DNA of 37,074 nucleotides from NCBI RefSeq assembly GCF_001194135.2, contig NC_069005.1:2109461-2146534 (forward strand), in the 5' to 3' direction. A program made the translations under genes and the position numbers. Below are positions 1-10,791 of this stretch, piece by piece. The stretch comes from Octopus bimaculoides (taxonomy: Eukaryota). The notes under the pieces are model-generated. The model saw nothing but the letters and a program-made list of their open reading frames with translations. It ran no database searches and was not told the DNA's origin. The stretch's first letter is position 1. Each line of letters opens with the position of its first letter.

Positions 1-188
1 GCCACGGAAGGAACCTGGTCAAATTTCTGAGACTCCCTAATGGACAATAATTTTAAAGAAATATTCTAAAAGTGACAATATTGGATTTAGAGATTTATCA
101 TAAACAGTAACTATCAGTCTAATTTGATATAATGGTTTCAATTTAATACTTACATCTCATTTATTTCCCGAGTTCTATTCATTCGATT

Positions 189-189
<1 letters not shown>

Positions 190-248
<59 letters not shown>
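190..248. repeat. (CA)n microsatellite
   Basis: Uninterrupted CA dinucleotide run. Confidence 0.98.
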
Positions 249-250
<2 letters not shown>

Positions 251-419
251 ATGTGTGCATCGTTGATATAACGAGTTAGCTTTTGCTGTTTGCGTTAATT
301 TATGAATATACACAATTGTATTATATAATGGTGGGTATAGACATTGATGCAAAAATGTATAATTTTTGCATGTTGAAATTAATGTTGCGCAATGAAGGTT
401 ACGAAACGGCTGCAATCAT

Positions 420-845
420 TTGGGAATCACATTGAAGAAAAAATCTTCACCTTTCACATCTAAATTCATGTTTTATTTACACGTCATTGAAAAAATTATC
501 GCTCGGAGTTTCTGGATATATATAAATTAACAGAATGGGATAAAAAATTCAGGGCTTTGCATAGATTTCAGAACATATATAAAGAGAAGGCCTTACAGCT
601 GTTTCCGGGATATTTTATATATCCCTTCATCAGAGACAGTGCGAGAAAATGTTTAAGTAATGGTTATTACAGAGAAGATATGAAATACAGAGTGAAGCGG
701 AGGAATGAAAACAGACATGAGATTCGTAAGGATATTGTATACGCAGTTCCATTATTTAAGCATAATGGTGTATATATAAATTTCCTGTACCTTGTGGCGA
801 GTTCCAATGGTGTTTATAATTGGTCGTTTCCAGCATAGAGTCATG
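420..845 (-). mobile_element. Probable Penelope-like element pseudo-LTR fragment
   Basis: Contains a minimal type I hammerhead (590-637, minus strand) in moderately AT-rich, non-microsatellite sequence. Such minimal hammerheads are characteristic of PLE pseudo-LTRs. Boundaries are approximate and no linked ORF was recognised. Confidence 0.5.
590..637 (-). ncRNA. Minimal type I hammerhead ribozyme
   Basis: Minus strand reads GUCU-CUGAUGA-A-GGGAUAU(AUAAA)AUAUCCC-G-GAAA-C-AGCU-GUA-AGGC. It has an intact CUGAUGA/GAAA core, a 7-bp stem II, a palindromic stem III (CAGCUG), a GUA cleavage triplet and a 4-bp stem I (GUCU/AGGC, one G-U). Confidence 0.8.
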
Positions 846-851
846 TAAACG

Positions 852-884
<33 letters not shown>

Positions 885-2149
885 ATCCACAATATATGAA
901 TTCAACTAATCCGGTGGTGGTACTCATAAAAAAAGCTCCCTAATGCATCATTCTTCCAAACATAGAGTATATAGAACGATATAAGAGAAAGCGATAAGGA
1001 ATGTATAAATCAAAGATGTCAGAGAAATAGTTTGACGAAATTCTATTTAGCAAAAAAAATTCTAATATCATGACGAATTGTTTCGTAACTTAAAAACATG
1101 TAAGTAATTTATATTATTATATTTAATAATAAATATATTACTTACATGTATGCATTAATGCAAAATGCTAAGAAATCTTTCAAAATAATGGAGAATTTAA
1201 GCTACGTTCTCAGGTGAAAGAGAGTCTTTGTTAAATACTAAATTCTCGACGTAACATTATAGAAATGCAAAGTCAAAATTTTAAAAGATTAAGGAAAACG
1301 ATAATGATAAAATTGATATAAATTAATTAGAGAATTTTCTCATAAATTGAAAGGAATTTTAGTAATATAATTAAAATGTAACTAGTAGATATTATTAGTA
1401 GAATAAAAGAAAAGAGATATTCATTTCTAGAAATGTAGAAAATAAAAGATCGTAAGCATAGAGAATAATAATAATAATAATAATACTAACAAAATAGAAT
1501 GAATTAAAAGTATTTAGAGACAACATCTATGAAATATAGGGATTGATATTAACAATAAAATATGAACGATATTAAATTTTTAAAAATTAGAAATTTGAAG
1601 ATATAAGTAAATATGTTTTAAAAAAATTATAGAAAGTGTGGAAGACAATGAGAACATCAAAATAAATCAATGAAACAGTCTTCCAATTTGTCGTGAAATT
1701 CGGATTTTCTTACTGTTAAATAAACTTTCCTCAAACTTTTTCTCTGTTATTTATGACTTATATATATATATATATATACATATACATACACACACATACA
1801 CACATAAACACAAACAAACACACACACATATGTATTTGTAGTGTAATATAAACATTCATAGAGTGGTGTGGTTATCACAGGAAGCTTCTCTAGTGGACTC
1901 GGCTAGCAGACCACATACTAATCCGATAAGGAGGAGTATAAGGCAGAGCCCTATGCAGCTGAATTCCAGTAAATCCAGTCAATGAAATTACTTCATGAGG
2001 AGTATATAAAACCATAAAAAGTCAGGATGTATGACAGGTGAATACGTTTATTGAATCACTTGTCATCCTTAGGATTACAGCGGTTTCGAAGCTGCCTTCA
2101 TGTAATAGTAATTTCAGTGTATAATAAATTATGTTTACATGTCTGCTTT

Positions 2150-2335
2150 AGGGAGTGGTAGCAACTCCTGCTGTACTCTTTCGCTCCAACTTTCTCTCAC
2201 TCTTTCTTCCTGTTTCTCGAGTAACGCTGCGATGGACTGGCGTCCCGTCCAGCTGGGGGAACACATACGCCATAGAAACCGGGAAACGGGGACCATGAGC
2301 CGGGCTAGGCCTTAAAAATGGCACATAAATTAAAA
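2150..2335 (+). mobile_element. SINE fragment (family C central domain plus a different 3' tail)
   Basis: 2150-2217 aligns at roughly 85% to the reverse complement of ~10564-10631. It then diverges into a GCGATGGACTGGCGTCCCGTCCAG...CCATAGAAACCGGGAAAC tail ending near an A-rich stretch. Confidence 0.7.
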
Positions 2336-2450
2336 AAAACATGTCTGCACTAATATGCTTGCTACTCTTTATACAATACAATTGTGCATTCACAAATCAA
2401 TGCAGATAAAGAAAGCCAGCTCATCAGATCAGTAAAACATCATGGTTATA

Positions 2451-2710
2451 CTGTTGTGTCTGGGGAGAGTCATTTTCTTATTGTGCCTTAAAATTTAACA
2501 CACTCACCGGTAAAATTTCCACTTGTTTCTTATTTTTATTTTCCTAAAATATTTCTATTTTCCTAAAATACTTTTATTTTCCTAAAATATTTTTATTTTC
2601 CTAGAGTGAAGACTATTGAAAAGGTTGCAAGACGCAAGTGGAAATTTTTACCGGTGAGTGTGTTAAATTTTAAGGCACAATAAGAAAATGACTCTCCCCA
2701 GACACAACAG
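2451..2710. mobile_element. MITE / non-autonomous DNA element with 75-bp terminal inverted repeats
   Basis: 2451-2525 is the reverse complement of 2635-2710 except for one extra T. The interior has about 4 copies of TATTTTCCTA(AAATA). No coding capacity. Confidence 0.85.
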
Positions 2711-2967
2711 AAGATGCTTCAACACACGAAATCACATAAAAAAATCTTGCAAACCAAATCCAAAAACGAAATCATGGTTATAATTAGATCAGCAAGCCAC
2801 ACATCTTCGTCCTTTGTTGAGACTAGTGATTAATTCTACATGAACCAGGTGGATGTAGATGGCGCTGTGAAGCGGGGGTACTTTAAAAGGGTGGTCTGGG
2901 TGTGTGGGTGGAGGAGGTTTGTGGTTGTAGAAAGGTGCTTTATTACGCTCCGATGGTTTATTACACT

Positions 2968-3061
2968 TGCTGATGTTGTCGTTGCTGCAGTTGTTATAAC
3001 TGTTGTTGTTGTTGCTGTTGCTGTTGCTGCTGCTGCTGCTGTTGTTGTTGTTGTAGCTGTT
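2968..3061. repeat. (GTT/GCT)n compound trinucleotide repeat
   Basis: Direct reading; it explains the poly-V/A/T ORFs. Confidence 0.95.
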
Positions 3062-3290
3062 CCCGATACTCTTACTGTAACTGAATTTGGTGTTTCTATT
3101 TCTATTTTTGTGATTGTTGCTGTCACTTACACCACCAACGTCGCCGCCACCGACGCTGCCGCCAACCCCACCGCCNNNNNNNNNNTGTTGCTGTCACTTA
3201 CACCACCAACGTCGCCGCCACCGACGCTGCCGCCAACCCCACCGCCTCCGTCTCCTCCCCCGCATCCACAGTGTCTCCTCCGCCGCCGCC

Positions 3291-3386
3291 GACCTCGGCG
3301 GAATTTGAACTCAGAACGTGAAGACGGACGAAATTCCGCTAAGCATTTCGCCCAGCGCGCTAACGATTCTGCCAGCTCACCGCCTT
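3291..3386 (-). mobile_element. tRNA-derived SINE family B, 5' portion
   Basis: Matches the 5' half of the copies at 16603-16822 and 22305-22523 (GGCGG(T/C)GAGCTGGCAGAA...GAGTTCAAATTCCGCCGAGGTC). Confidence 0.9.
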
Positions 3387-3846
3387 ATGTACATACATAC
3401 ATGCATACATACATATATACGCATACATAAACATATATGCATACACCTACACATATATTTATATTAATCATAATAAAGATGATGATTTTTGTATCTAGCG
3501 CGGAGNNNNNNNNNNNNNNNNNNNNNNNNNNNNNNNNNNNNNNNNNNNNNNNNNNNNNNNNNNNNNNNNNNNNNNNNNNNNNNNNNNNNNNNNNNNNNNN
3601 NNNNNNNNNNNNNNNNNNNNNNNNNNNNNNNNNNNNNNNNNNNNNNNNNNNNNNNNNNNNNNNNNNNNNNNNNNNNNNNNNNNNNNNNNNNNNNNNNNNN
3701 NNNNNNNNNNNNNNNNNNNNNNNNNNNNNNNNNNNNNNNNNNNNNNNNNNNNNNNNNNNNNNNNNNNNNNNNNNNNNNNNNNNNNNNNNNNNNNNNNNNN
3801 NNNNNNNNNNNNNNNNNNNNNNNNNNNNNNNNNNNNNNNNNNNNNN

Positions 3847-3879
<33 letters not shown>

Positions 3880-4285
3880 CGTTTATACATACACACACAC
3901 ACACATTGACATTATACATAAATGTCATGTACATACAACTATGTCCATGTGGGTATGTATATATTTCATTCATTGTCTCAATCACTGTATATACGCATAT
4001 ACATACATACACCGACATGCACAGACGCACAGTTTGTGTACGTTTATACACACACACACACATATAGACACTCACACAAACATTGTATATAGAAATACAC
4101 AAATGTTGAGAGAGAGCTCATTTTAAATGATGAACGAATTCTGCACTTATTGATGGGTATAGCGATTGTCCAAAAGCGTGTTGTCATTGGTTTCATGTAA
4201 CAGAAAGCCCCTAAGTGGCGCTGAAGGAAAATACGTACAATCAGATAACAAGTGGATTATATCATACGGCTCCTCTGTGAAATCA

Positions 4286-4883
4286 CGTGGCTGTGTGGTA
4301 AGAAGTTTACTTCTCAACCATATGGTTCTAGGATGAATCCCAATGGGTGGTACCTTGAGCAAGAGTTTCTACTATGGCCCTACGTTGACCAAAGACTTGT
4401 GAGCAGATTTGGTAGACGGAAACTGAAAGAAGCCTGTCGTATATGTATTAAATGTTGTTTTGGTTATTATTAATTATATAAATGTTATATAAATATCATT
4501 AATAATAATTAGTCTTAAATAACTTTAAATTAATTGTTTTTGATTATAAAATAAATTTATTAAATTTTATGATGTAATTAATAGTAGTTAAATTTATTGT
4601 TTGGTGTTTTTAAAAGATATTTAATATTCAAATATATAGTTTTTTAGATTATTGAGTTATAATAGTTGTGATGTACATGTCTATGTGTATATATCTATGT
4701 ACAGCTTTGTGTTTGTCCCCCACCACAGCTTGAAATAAATTTTTGTTTTGTGTACCTGTCCGCATTAGCAGTAGGAGGATTACCAGAAAAAAAAAAAAAA
4801 TTTTATTACTGGGGTCGATTTGTTCAATGAAACCCTTCAGGGCACCGTCCTAGGATGGCCGCAGTGAAATGAATGAAACAAGC
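4286..4883 (+). mobile_element. tRNA-derived SINE family A, complete copy (head, AT-rich spacer, tail)
   Basis: The head 4286-4445 has an A-box-like TGGCTGTGTGG and ends GGTAGACGGAAACTGAAAGAAGCC. The tail 4709-4883 runs TTTGTCCCCCACCA...GGGGTCGATTTGTTC...GGCCGCAGT...GAAACAAG. Head-tail order is the same as in the copies at 6860-7181, 17755-18147 and 25470-25828. Confidence 0.8.
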
Positions 4884-5014
4884 TGCTGTAGGTGGCAGCA
4901 CGCGCGAAATACCTTTCCTCTCACCGTTACTCTTTCCACTCACCGCATCCAACCCCCACCCCACCACCACCACCTTCTGCAACACAGACAATGAAAAGAA
5001 AACAAAAAAGAGGA

Positions 5015-5072
5015 AACAACAACAACAATAATAACAACAACAACAACAACAACAACAACAATAATAATAATG

Positions 5073-5124
<52 letters not shown>

Positions 5125-5149
5125 GAAGAAGAACAACAACAATAATAAC

Positions 5150-5182
<33 letters not shown>
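5015..5182. repeat. (AAC/AAT)n compound trinucleotide repeat
   Basis: Direct reading; source of the poly-N/L/I/Y ORFs. Confidence 0.97.
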
Positions 5183-5183
<1 letters not shown>

Positions 5184-5547
5184 TGAGTAATGTGAAAGGG
5201 TACAACTGTAGAAAACTGTAACATCAGATCCCTTCATCTAACGTATTATCTCTAACAAGGTTTTTGATAATCCAATTTAGTTCGGACAACTCTGGTGCTT
5301 GTCATCATATCAGCCGCTATTTACAGCGTAGATTATAAGACTTACTTATTGAGTTCTTCATCTAAATCGCCTAATAACGAAATACTTCACCGATACAATT
5401 TTATTAGGGGACGGATTTAGGTAGGCGTTTGAAGCAAGACGGATATAAGTTTCGCGAAGAGAAACGAAATAGCGAAATATCTGCCTTGCTTCTTTAAGAA
5501 GTTATTTCGTATTTAACTCGGATAATGGAATTGCACGCTAGGGATTT

Positions 5548-5589
<42 letters not shown>

Positions 5590-6859
5590 NNNNNNNNNNN
5601 NNNNNNNNNNNNNNNNNNNNNNNNNNNNNNNNNNNNNNNNNNNNNNNNNNNNNNNNNNNNNNNNNNNNNNNNNNNNNNNNNNNNNNNNNNNNNNNNNNNN
5701 NNNNNNNNNNNNNNNNNNNNNNNNNNNNNNNNNNNNNNNNNNNNNNNNNNNNNNNNNNNNNNNNNNNNNNNNNNNNNNNNNNNNNNNNNNNNNNNNNNNN
5801 NNNNNNNNNNNNNNNNNNNNNNNNNNNNNNNNNNNNNNNNNNNNNNNNNNNNNNNNNNNNNNNNNNNNNNNNNNNNNNNNNNNNNNNNNNNNNNNNNNNN
5901 NNNNNNNNNNNNNNNNNNNNNNNNNNNNNNNNNNNNNNNNNNNNNNNNNNNNNNNNNNNNNNNNNNNNNNNNNNNNNNNNNNNNNNNNNNNNNNNNNNNN
6001 NNNNNNNNNNNNNNNNNNNNATATATATATATATATATATTTATATACTAAGGGAGATAAATTGAATATTAATTTAATTAACATCAACTTAAAACTAGTG
6101 GTATAGCATATAAAAATCTGAAAGTTCATCCGATATGCTCGGAAGAAATCACCTTCGATCTAACCACAAAGAAAGAATGCTCTCCAGAGAAAAATTCAGC
6201 AGACACTAGAACATAAACGAGCAAGACAAATGAAAATATACAAAATATAGAATTCTTAATTAGAACAATATTAGAAACACATAAAAACATTTAAAAACAT
6301 TTAAAAATTTCGAAAAACTTTTTAAAATATGAGGGATATTTAAAAATATTTTAAAACGCTTAAAAATTTTTACATTAGTTTTTAGAATTTAAAAGACATT
6401 TTTGGAAACTTTTAAATGTTTTGAAATGTTTTTAAACGTTTCTAATTTAAATGTTTTTAAATGTTCCTAATTCGTTGGAAACAGCTGTAATGAATCGACA
6501 CTTAAACTATCGTTTGTAATTTATTTATTTATTTATGTTTCATCTCTCCCAGAACCTGCCCCTCGCTTGTTCCGAAGTATATTATGAACCATATCTTAAA
6601 TACAATGTGAATTTCTGGTTTAGACCAAGGCCTGGTAAAATACTCAAAAGAGTTTAATAAATTGTATATATACCTAACCTGAATATCTTTCTGCCTGTAC
6701 TTCCGTGCCAATGTTTGTATTCGTCTATTGTTGCTGTGTATTGCATTTTAATTTGGACCCGACCTGGTTCCTTACCATTTAAGTGCCTTAATCACCTCAA
6801 GCTTAAAATATTGTGTGTGTGTGTATACATATATATATATATATATGTATACACATATT

Positions 6860-7181
6860 TTTTCATTTACTTGTTTCAATCATTGGACTACGGCCGTGAT
6901 GAGGCATCGCTTTGAAGAATTTTAGACAAACTAATCGAACTCAATGCATTTTTTTGCTTCTTTCACCGAACTGCAAACACATCAACACCGGTTCTCAAGG
7001 GATGGTGGGGTACAAACACAGTTACCCACGCACGCACGACGGGTTTTATTCAGTTTCCGCCTGCCAAAATCGCTCATAAGTCTTTGCTTAGCTCGAGGCT
7101 ATAGTAGAAAACACTTGCCGACTGAACCCGTAACCATGTGGTTGGGAAGGAAACTTCTTACCACACAGCCACGCCCGCGCC
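6860..7181 (-). mobile_element. SINE family A, complete copy with internal deletions
   Basis: Head 7036-7181 (reverse complement of GGCGCGGGCGTGGCTGTGTGGTAAGAAG...) and tail 6860-7020. Confidence 0.85.
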
Positions 7182-7189
7182 CAAATATA

Positions 7190-7252
<63 letters not shown>

Positions 7253-7439
7253 TCATATATATATATATGTGTGTATATATATATACATATATATACATAT
7301 TTATATACACATATATATATACACACCTATATATACATATTTTTATATATATATATAGGTATATATATACATATATACATATTTACACACACACACATAT
7401 GACAGGGTGCATTTTGTACGAGTTCTTATTGTGTCATTA

Positions 7440-7715
7440 GTGAAATAATTCCGTCGGTATTGAGCATTTTTTGCGAAGGTTCAAAGCTCTTCCTTCTTAT
7501 TGACGCCACACAGACAACTCCAGCGTGTGTCCAAGGTGCCATTTCTCTTCATAACACCAAAATATGCTTCTACACGTTTGAAAAAGACTGGACACACCAG
7601 CGCAGTCGTAGCCCAGACGGTCACTTGTTCGAAACGTCGGCAACCGGTGCTGTTCTCGCCCCAAAACTCCTTCGTACCACCTTGGAAGTGGTGGTCGGTT
7701 GATGCTCTCCATATT
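7440..7715 (-). pseudogene. Possible decayed Tc1/mariner-superfamily transposase fragment
   Basis: Minus-strand translation DHHF..FWGENS..EQVTVWA..LVCPVFF, followed in another frame by VWRQ*EG. This resembles the EAHF..WGSENP..EKVTVW..GPYFF..WFQQDG pattern of Tc3-like DDD/E transposases. Pattern-level similarity only. Confidence 0.4.
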
Positions 7716-7879
7716 GTAAATGTTTTGTATTTTATTCTATTATTTCCTGTCGACTCCATGTTTTACTTTCCAAGAAATTTTAAGTCGACGAAAATTCATA
7801 TGAATTGTAGTTGTTGACAGAGTTGTTATTTGGGGGTCTGGGAGGGGCAGTGTAAGGTCTTCTTTCTTGCGTATCTTGT

Positions 7880-7880
<1 letters not shown>

Positions 7881-7928
<48 letters not shown>
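7881..7928. repeat. (TAA)n microsatellite
   Basis: Direct reading. Confidence 0.97.
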
Positions 7929-7932
<4 letters not shown>

Positions 7933-8237
7933 CAATAATAGCTGATGACATCAAAAGGGAGATTTTCAAGATGTAGTTTGGACATTAGTGAAAAAATATT
8001 CCAGGTGAAGAGTTTATATCTCAAGAGACCAAAGAGTTGGGTAATGAGAAAGAAATGTAAAAACTATATGCGATATATATATNNNNNNNNNNNNNNNNNN
8101 NNNNNNNNNNNNNNNNNNNNNNNNNNNNNNNNNNNNNNNNNNNNNNNNNNNNNNNNNNNNNNNNNNNNNNNNNNNNNNNNNNNNNNNNNNNNNNNNNNNN
8201 NNNNNNNTTAAGATTCTTTGTCTGTTAGATGGATAGG

Positions 8238-8285
<48 letters not shown>

Positions 8286-9450
8286 ATTTTTCGTTTTGTT
8301 TTAATGACGACGCGAAATGTAATGTTTATATAGTTGAATGTCTTACCATTTTGGTAACTTTTACATTTTTTTACACACCCACAGGCATGTGCTCATACAC
8401 GCAGACTCTCATGTCACAGAAGAAAAAAAAGAGAAAAAGAATCGTAACCTGGTCTAAGACACCGCTCAATTTCGATTTCCGTCAATTAATCTTACCAACA
8501 CACATTTTATATTCTTGCTTTCGGAATTCATTTATCTTACCTGGACAATACCATTTCTCACAACTGAATATTACTGCAAGCATGTACCCTTATAGATCCT
8601 AACTTATGTTTATAACTGCCGAAATCTCAATACCGGAAGTCACAAGAGACCCTGTGTTTCTATAGGTGTGATATAAGCATTTACAAAATCTCCAGACAGC
8701 GTTGAAAGGAATTATACAGGACCCAAGGGATAGCAGTACAAGTTTAACAAACAATAATCTTTACAAAACATTGCAAACAGCTTCAGCGGTTGTTTCAAGC
8801 AGTATTTATACTCAGTCAGATTAAAATACACGGAAAAGTACTTTAGCCTTGTCTCAATTAGTCTCAAATTTCAAAGACCGAAGAATGAAACATATTGGAA
8901 TAAAATGGAACACTGATGATACAAGCACTCGATATATCAAAGAATCACCAAAGTAGGCTTTGTCTATCCGAGATCATTGTTATTAAAACACTCAGGTATT
9001 TCACTTAATCTTAGATCCGAGGTATCCTATAACTGCCGTCATCGTAGTAATATCTTCTTAACCAGCTTCTACACGATTCGGAAATTCTTTTTAGGAACAG
9101 TGAATCTCAGAGCAAATAAAGCTATAAATAAAAACCTGTAAATGTTGGTTGAAAATCTCTTTGGCAGATTTTGAAATTTTCTGTCCAAAGGGTTTTAACC
9201 CAATATATACACCTTTGATTGCTTTCAGATTCACTGTTTCTAATATGCGTGCGTCTGTTTGTAAACATGTTTGTATACACATAAACATATTTCAAATGAA
9301 TTCTGTTATTTCTCTGGTATCAAAAGTTTCTGGCAGCCCAATTCGTTGTTCTTCAACTAAAAGTTAAGAGTACTAACAACGGTTGTCTTATTAATAATGG
9401 GGATTACAATCATACTCCACATAATGATTCAATAGGAAACCACCACTACA

Positions 9451-9542
9451 ATCATCATCATCACCACCACCACCACCATCATGATCATCACCACCACCAC
9501 CATCATGATCATCACCACCACCACCATCATGATCATCACCAC
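9451..9542. repeat. 24-bp minisatellite (CACCACCACCACCATCATGATCAT) x3 built from CAC/CAT triplets
   Basis: Three consecutive units are visible; they give the GGGGDDHD periodicity in the minus-strand ORF. Confidence 0.9.
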
Positions 9543-9622
9543 TATCAAGTCTACCACGGCCGCCAGTATAGAGGTGCGTCAAATTACGTGGATCATACAG
9601 CAGGAAGGATTAGTCCCTTAAT

Positions 9623-9792
9623 GTAGTAGCAGTAGTAGTAGTAGTAGCAGCAGCAGCAGCAGCGGCAGCAGCAGTAGTAGTAGTAGTAGTAGTAGTAATG
9701 GGAGTAGTGGTAGTAATGCTAATAGCAGCGGTGGTAGTAAAAATCGGAGTGGTAGTAGTAGCGGTATTATTATTATATTATCATTATTATTA

Positions 9793-9834
<42 letters not shown>

Positions 9835-9860
9835 GTAGTAGTAGTAGTAGTAGCAGTAGT
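9623..9860. repeat. (AGT/AGC/TAT)n compound trinucleotide tract
   Basis: Direct reading. Confidence 0.93.
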
Positions 9861-10375
9861 ATGGTGTTTCAACGTGAACTAGTGACCAGATATGATGAGG
9901 AAACTGGACGATATCGAACTNNNNNNNNNNNNNNNNNNNNNNNNNNNNNNNNNNNNNNNNNNNNNNNNNNNNNNNNNNNNNNNNNNNNNNNNNNNNNNNN
10001 NNNNNNNNNNNNNNNNNNNNNNNNNNNNNNNNNNNNNNNNNNNNNNNNNNNNNNNNNNNNNNNNNNNNNNNNNNNNNNNNNNNNNNNNNNNNNNNNNNNN
10101 NNNNNNNNNNNNNNNNNNNNNNNNNNNNNNNNNNNNNNNNNNNNNNNNNNNNNNNNNNNNNNNNNNNNNNNNNNNNNNNNNNNNNNNNNNNNNNNNNNNN
10201 NNNNNNNNNNNNNNNNNNNNNNNNNNNNNNNNNNNNNNNNNNNNNNNNNNNNNNNNNNNNNNNNNNNNNNNNNNNNNNNNNNNNNNNNNNNNNNNNNNNN
10301 NNNNNNNNGGGGTGGGGAATTTGAATGTTGTTCGGTTACGAAATAATGGAATAATCCTTATAACTTCATAAATCG

Positions 10376-10745
10376 TCGTGGCACTCCGTCGGTGACGACG
10401 ACGACGGTTCCAGTTGATCCGATCAACGGAACAGCCTGCTCGTGAAATTAACGTGCAAGTGGCTGAGTACTCCACAGACAGGTGTACCCTTAACGTAGTT
10501 CTTGGAGAGATTCAGCGTGACACAGAGTATGACAAGGCTGGCCCTTTGAAATACATGTACAACAGAAACAGGAAGTAAGAGTGAGAGAAAGTTGTGGTGA
10601 AAGGGTACAGCAGGGTTCGCCACCATTCCCTGCCGGAGCCTCGTGGAGCTTTACGTGTCTTCGCTAAATAAATACTCACAACGCCCGGTCTGGGAATCGA
10701 AACCGCGACTCCGCTGCCCTAACCACTGGGCCATAGTGTCTCCAC
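10376..10745 (-). mobile_element. tRNA-derived SINE family C, near full length
   Basis: The minus strand begins GTGGAGACACTATGGCCCAGTGGTTAGGGCAGCGGAGTCGCGGTTTCGATTCCC, with A-box TGGCCCAGTGG and B-box-like GGTTTCGATTCC. The central domain is shared with 2150-2217. Confidence 0.85.
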
Positions 10746-10791
10746 TGCTTCATATACATATATATATATTAGGTATATAAGTTTGTATAAA

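Noticed and set aside
557-838. 93-aa plus-strand ORF
   Set aside because: No recognisable domain; it lies antisense to a hammerhead-bearing repeat.
2070-2105. Hammerhead-like half site on the minus strand (..CAUGAAGGCAGCUUCGAAACCGCUGUAAUC)
   Set aside because: The CUGANGA core is not intact, stem II is only 2 bp, and there is no stem I complement.
3115-3246. 61-bp direct repeat either side of a 10-N gap
   Set aside because: Identical sequence on both sides of a tiny gap is the signature of unmerged overlapping contig ends, an assembly artefact.
7610-7642. GCC-CAGA-CGGTCACTTGTTC-GAAACGTC-GGC resembling a degenerate hammerhead
   Set aside because: The core lacks three bases and stem II does not pair; the region is better explained as a minus-strand transposase remnant.
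8630-9290. ETS-like ACCGGAAGT motif and short open frames (e.g. 9091-9288 minus)
   Set aside because: A single 9-mer plus short frames without convincing splice pairs or homology; insufficient support.
9861-9920. MVFQRELVTRYDEETGRYRT start before a gap
   Set aside because: Only 20 codons before Ns; cannot be evaluated.
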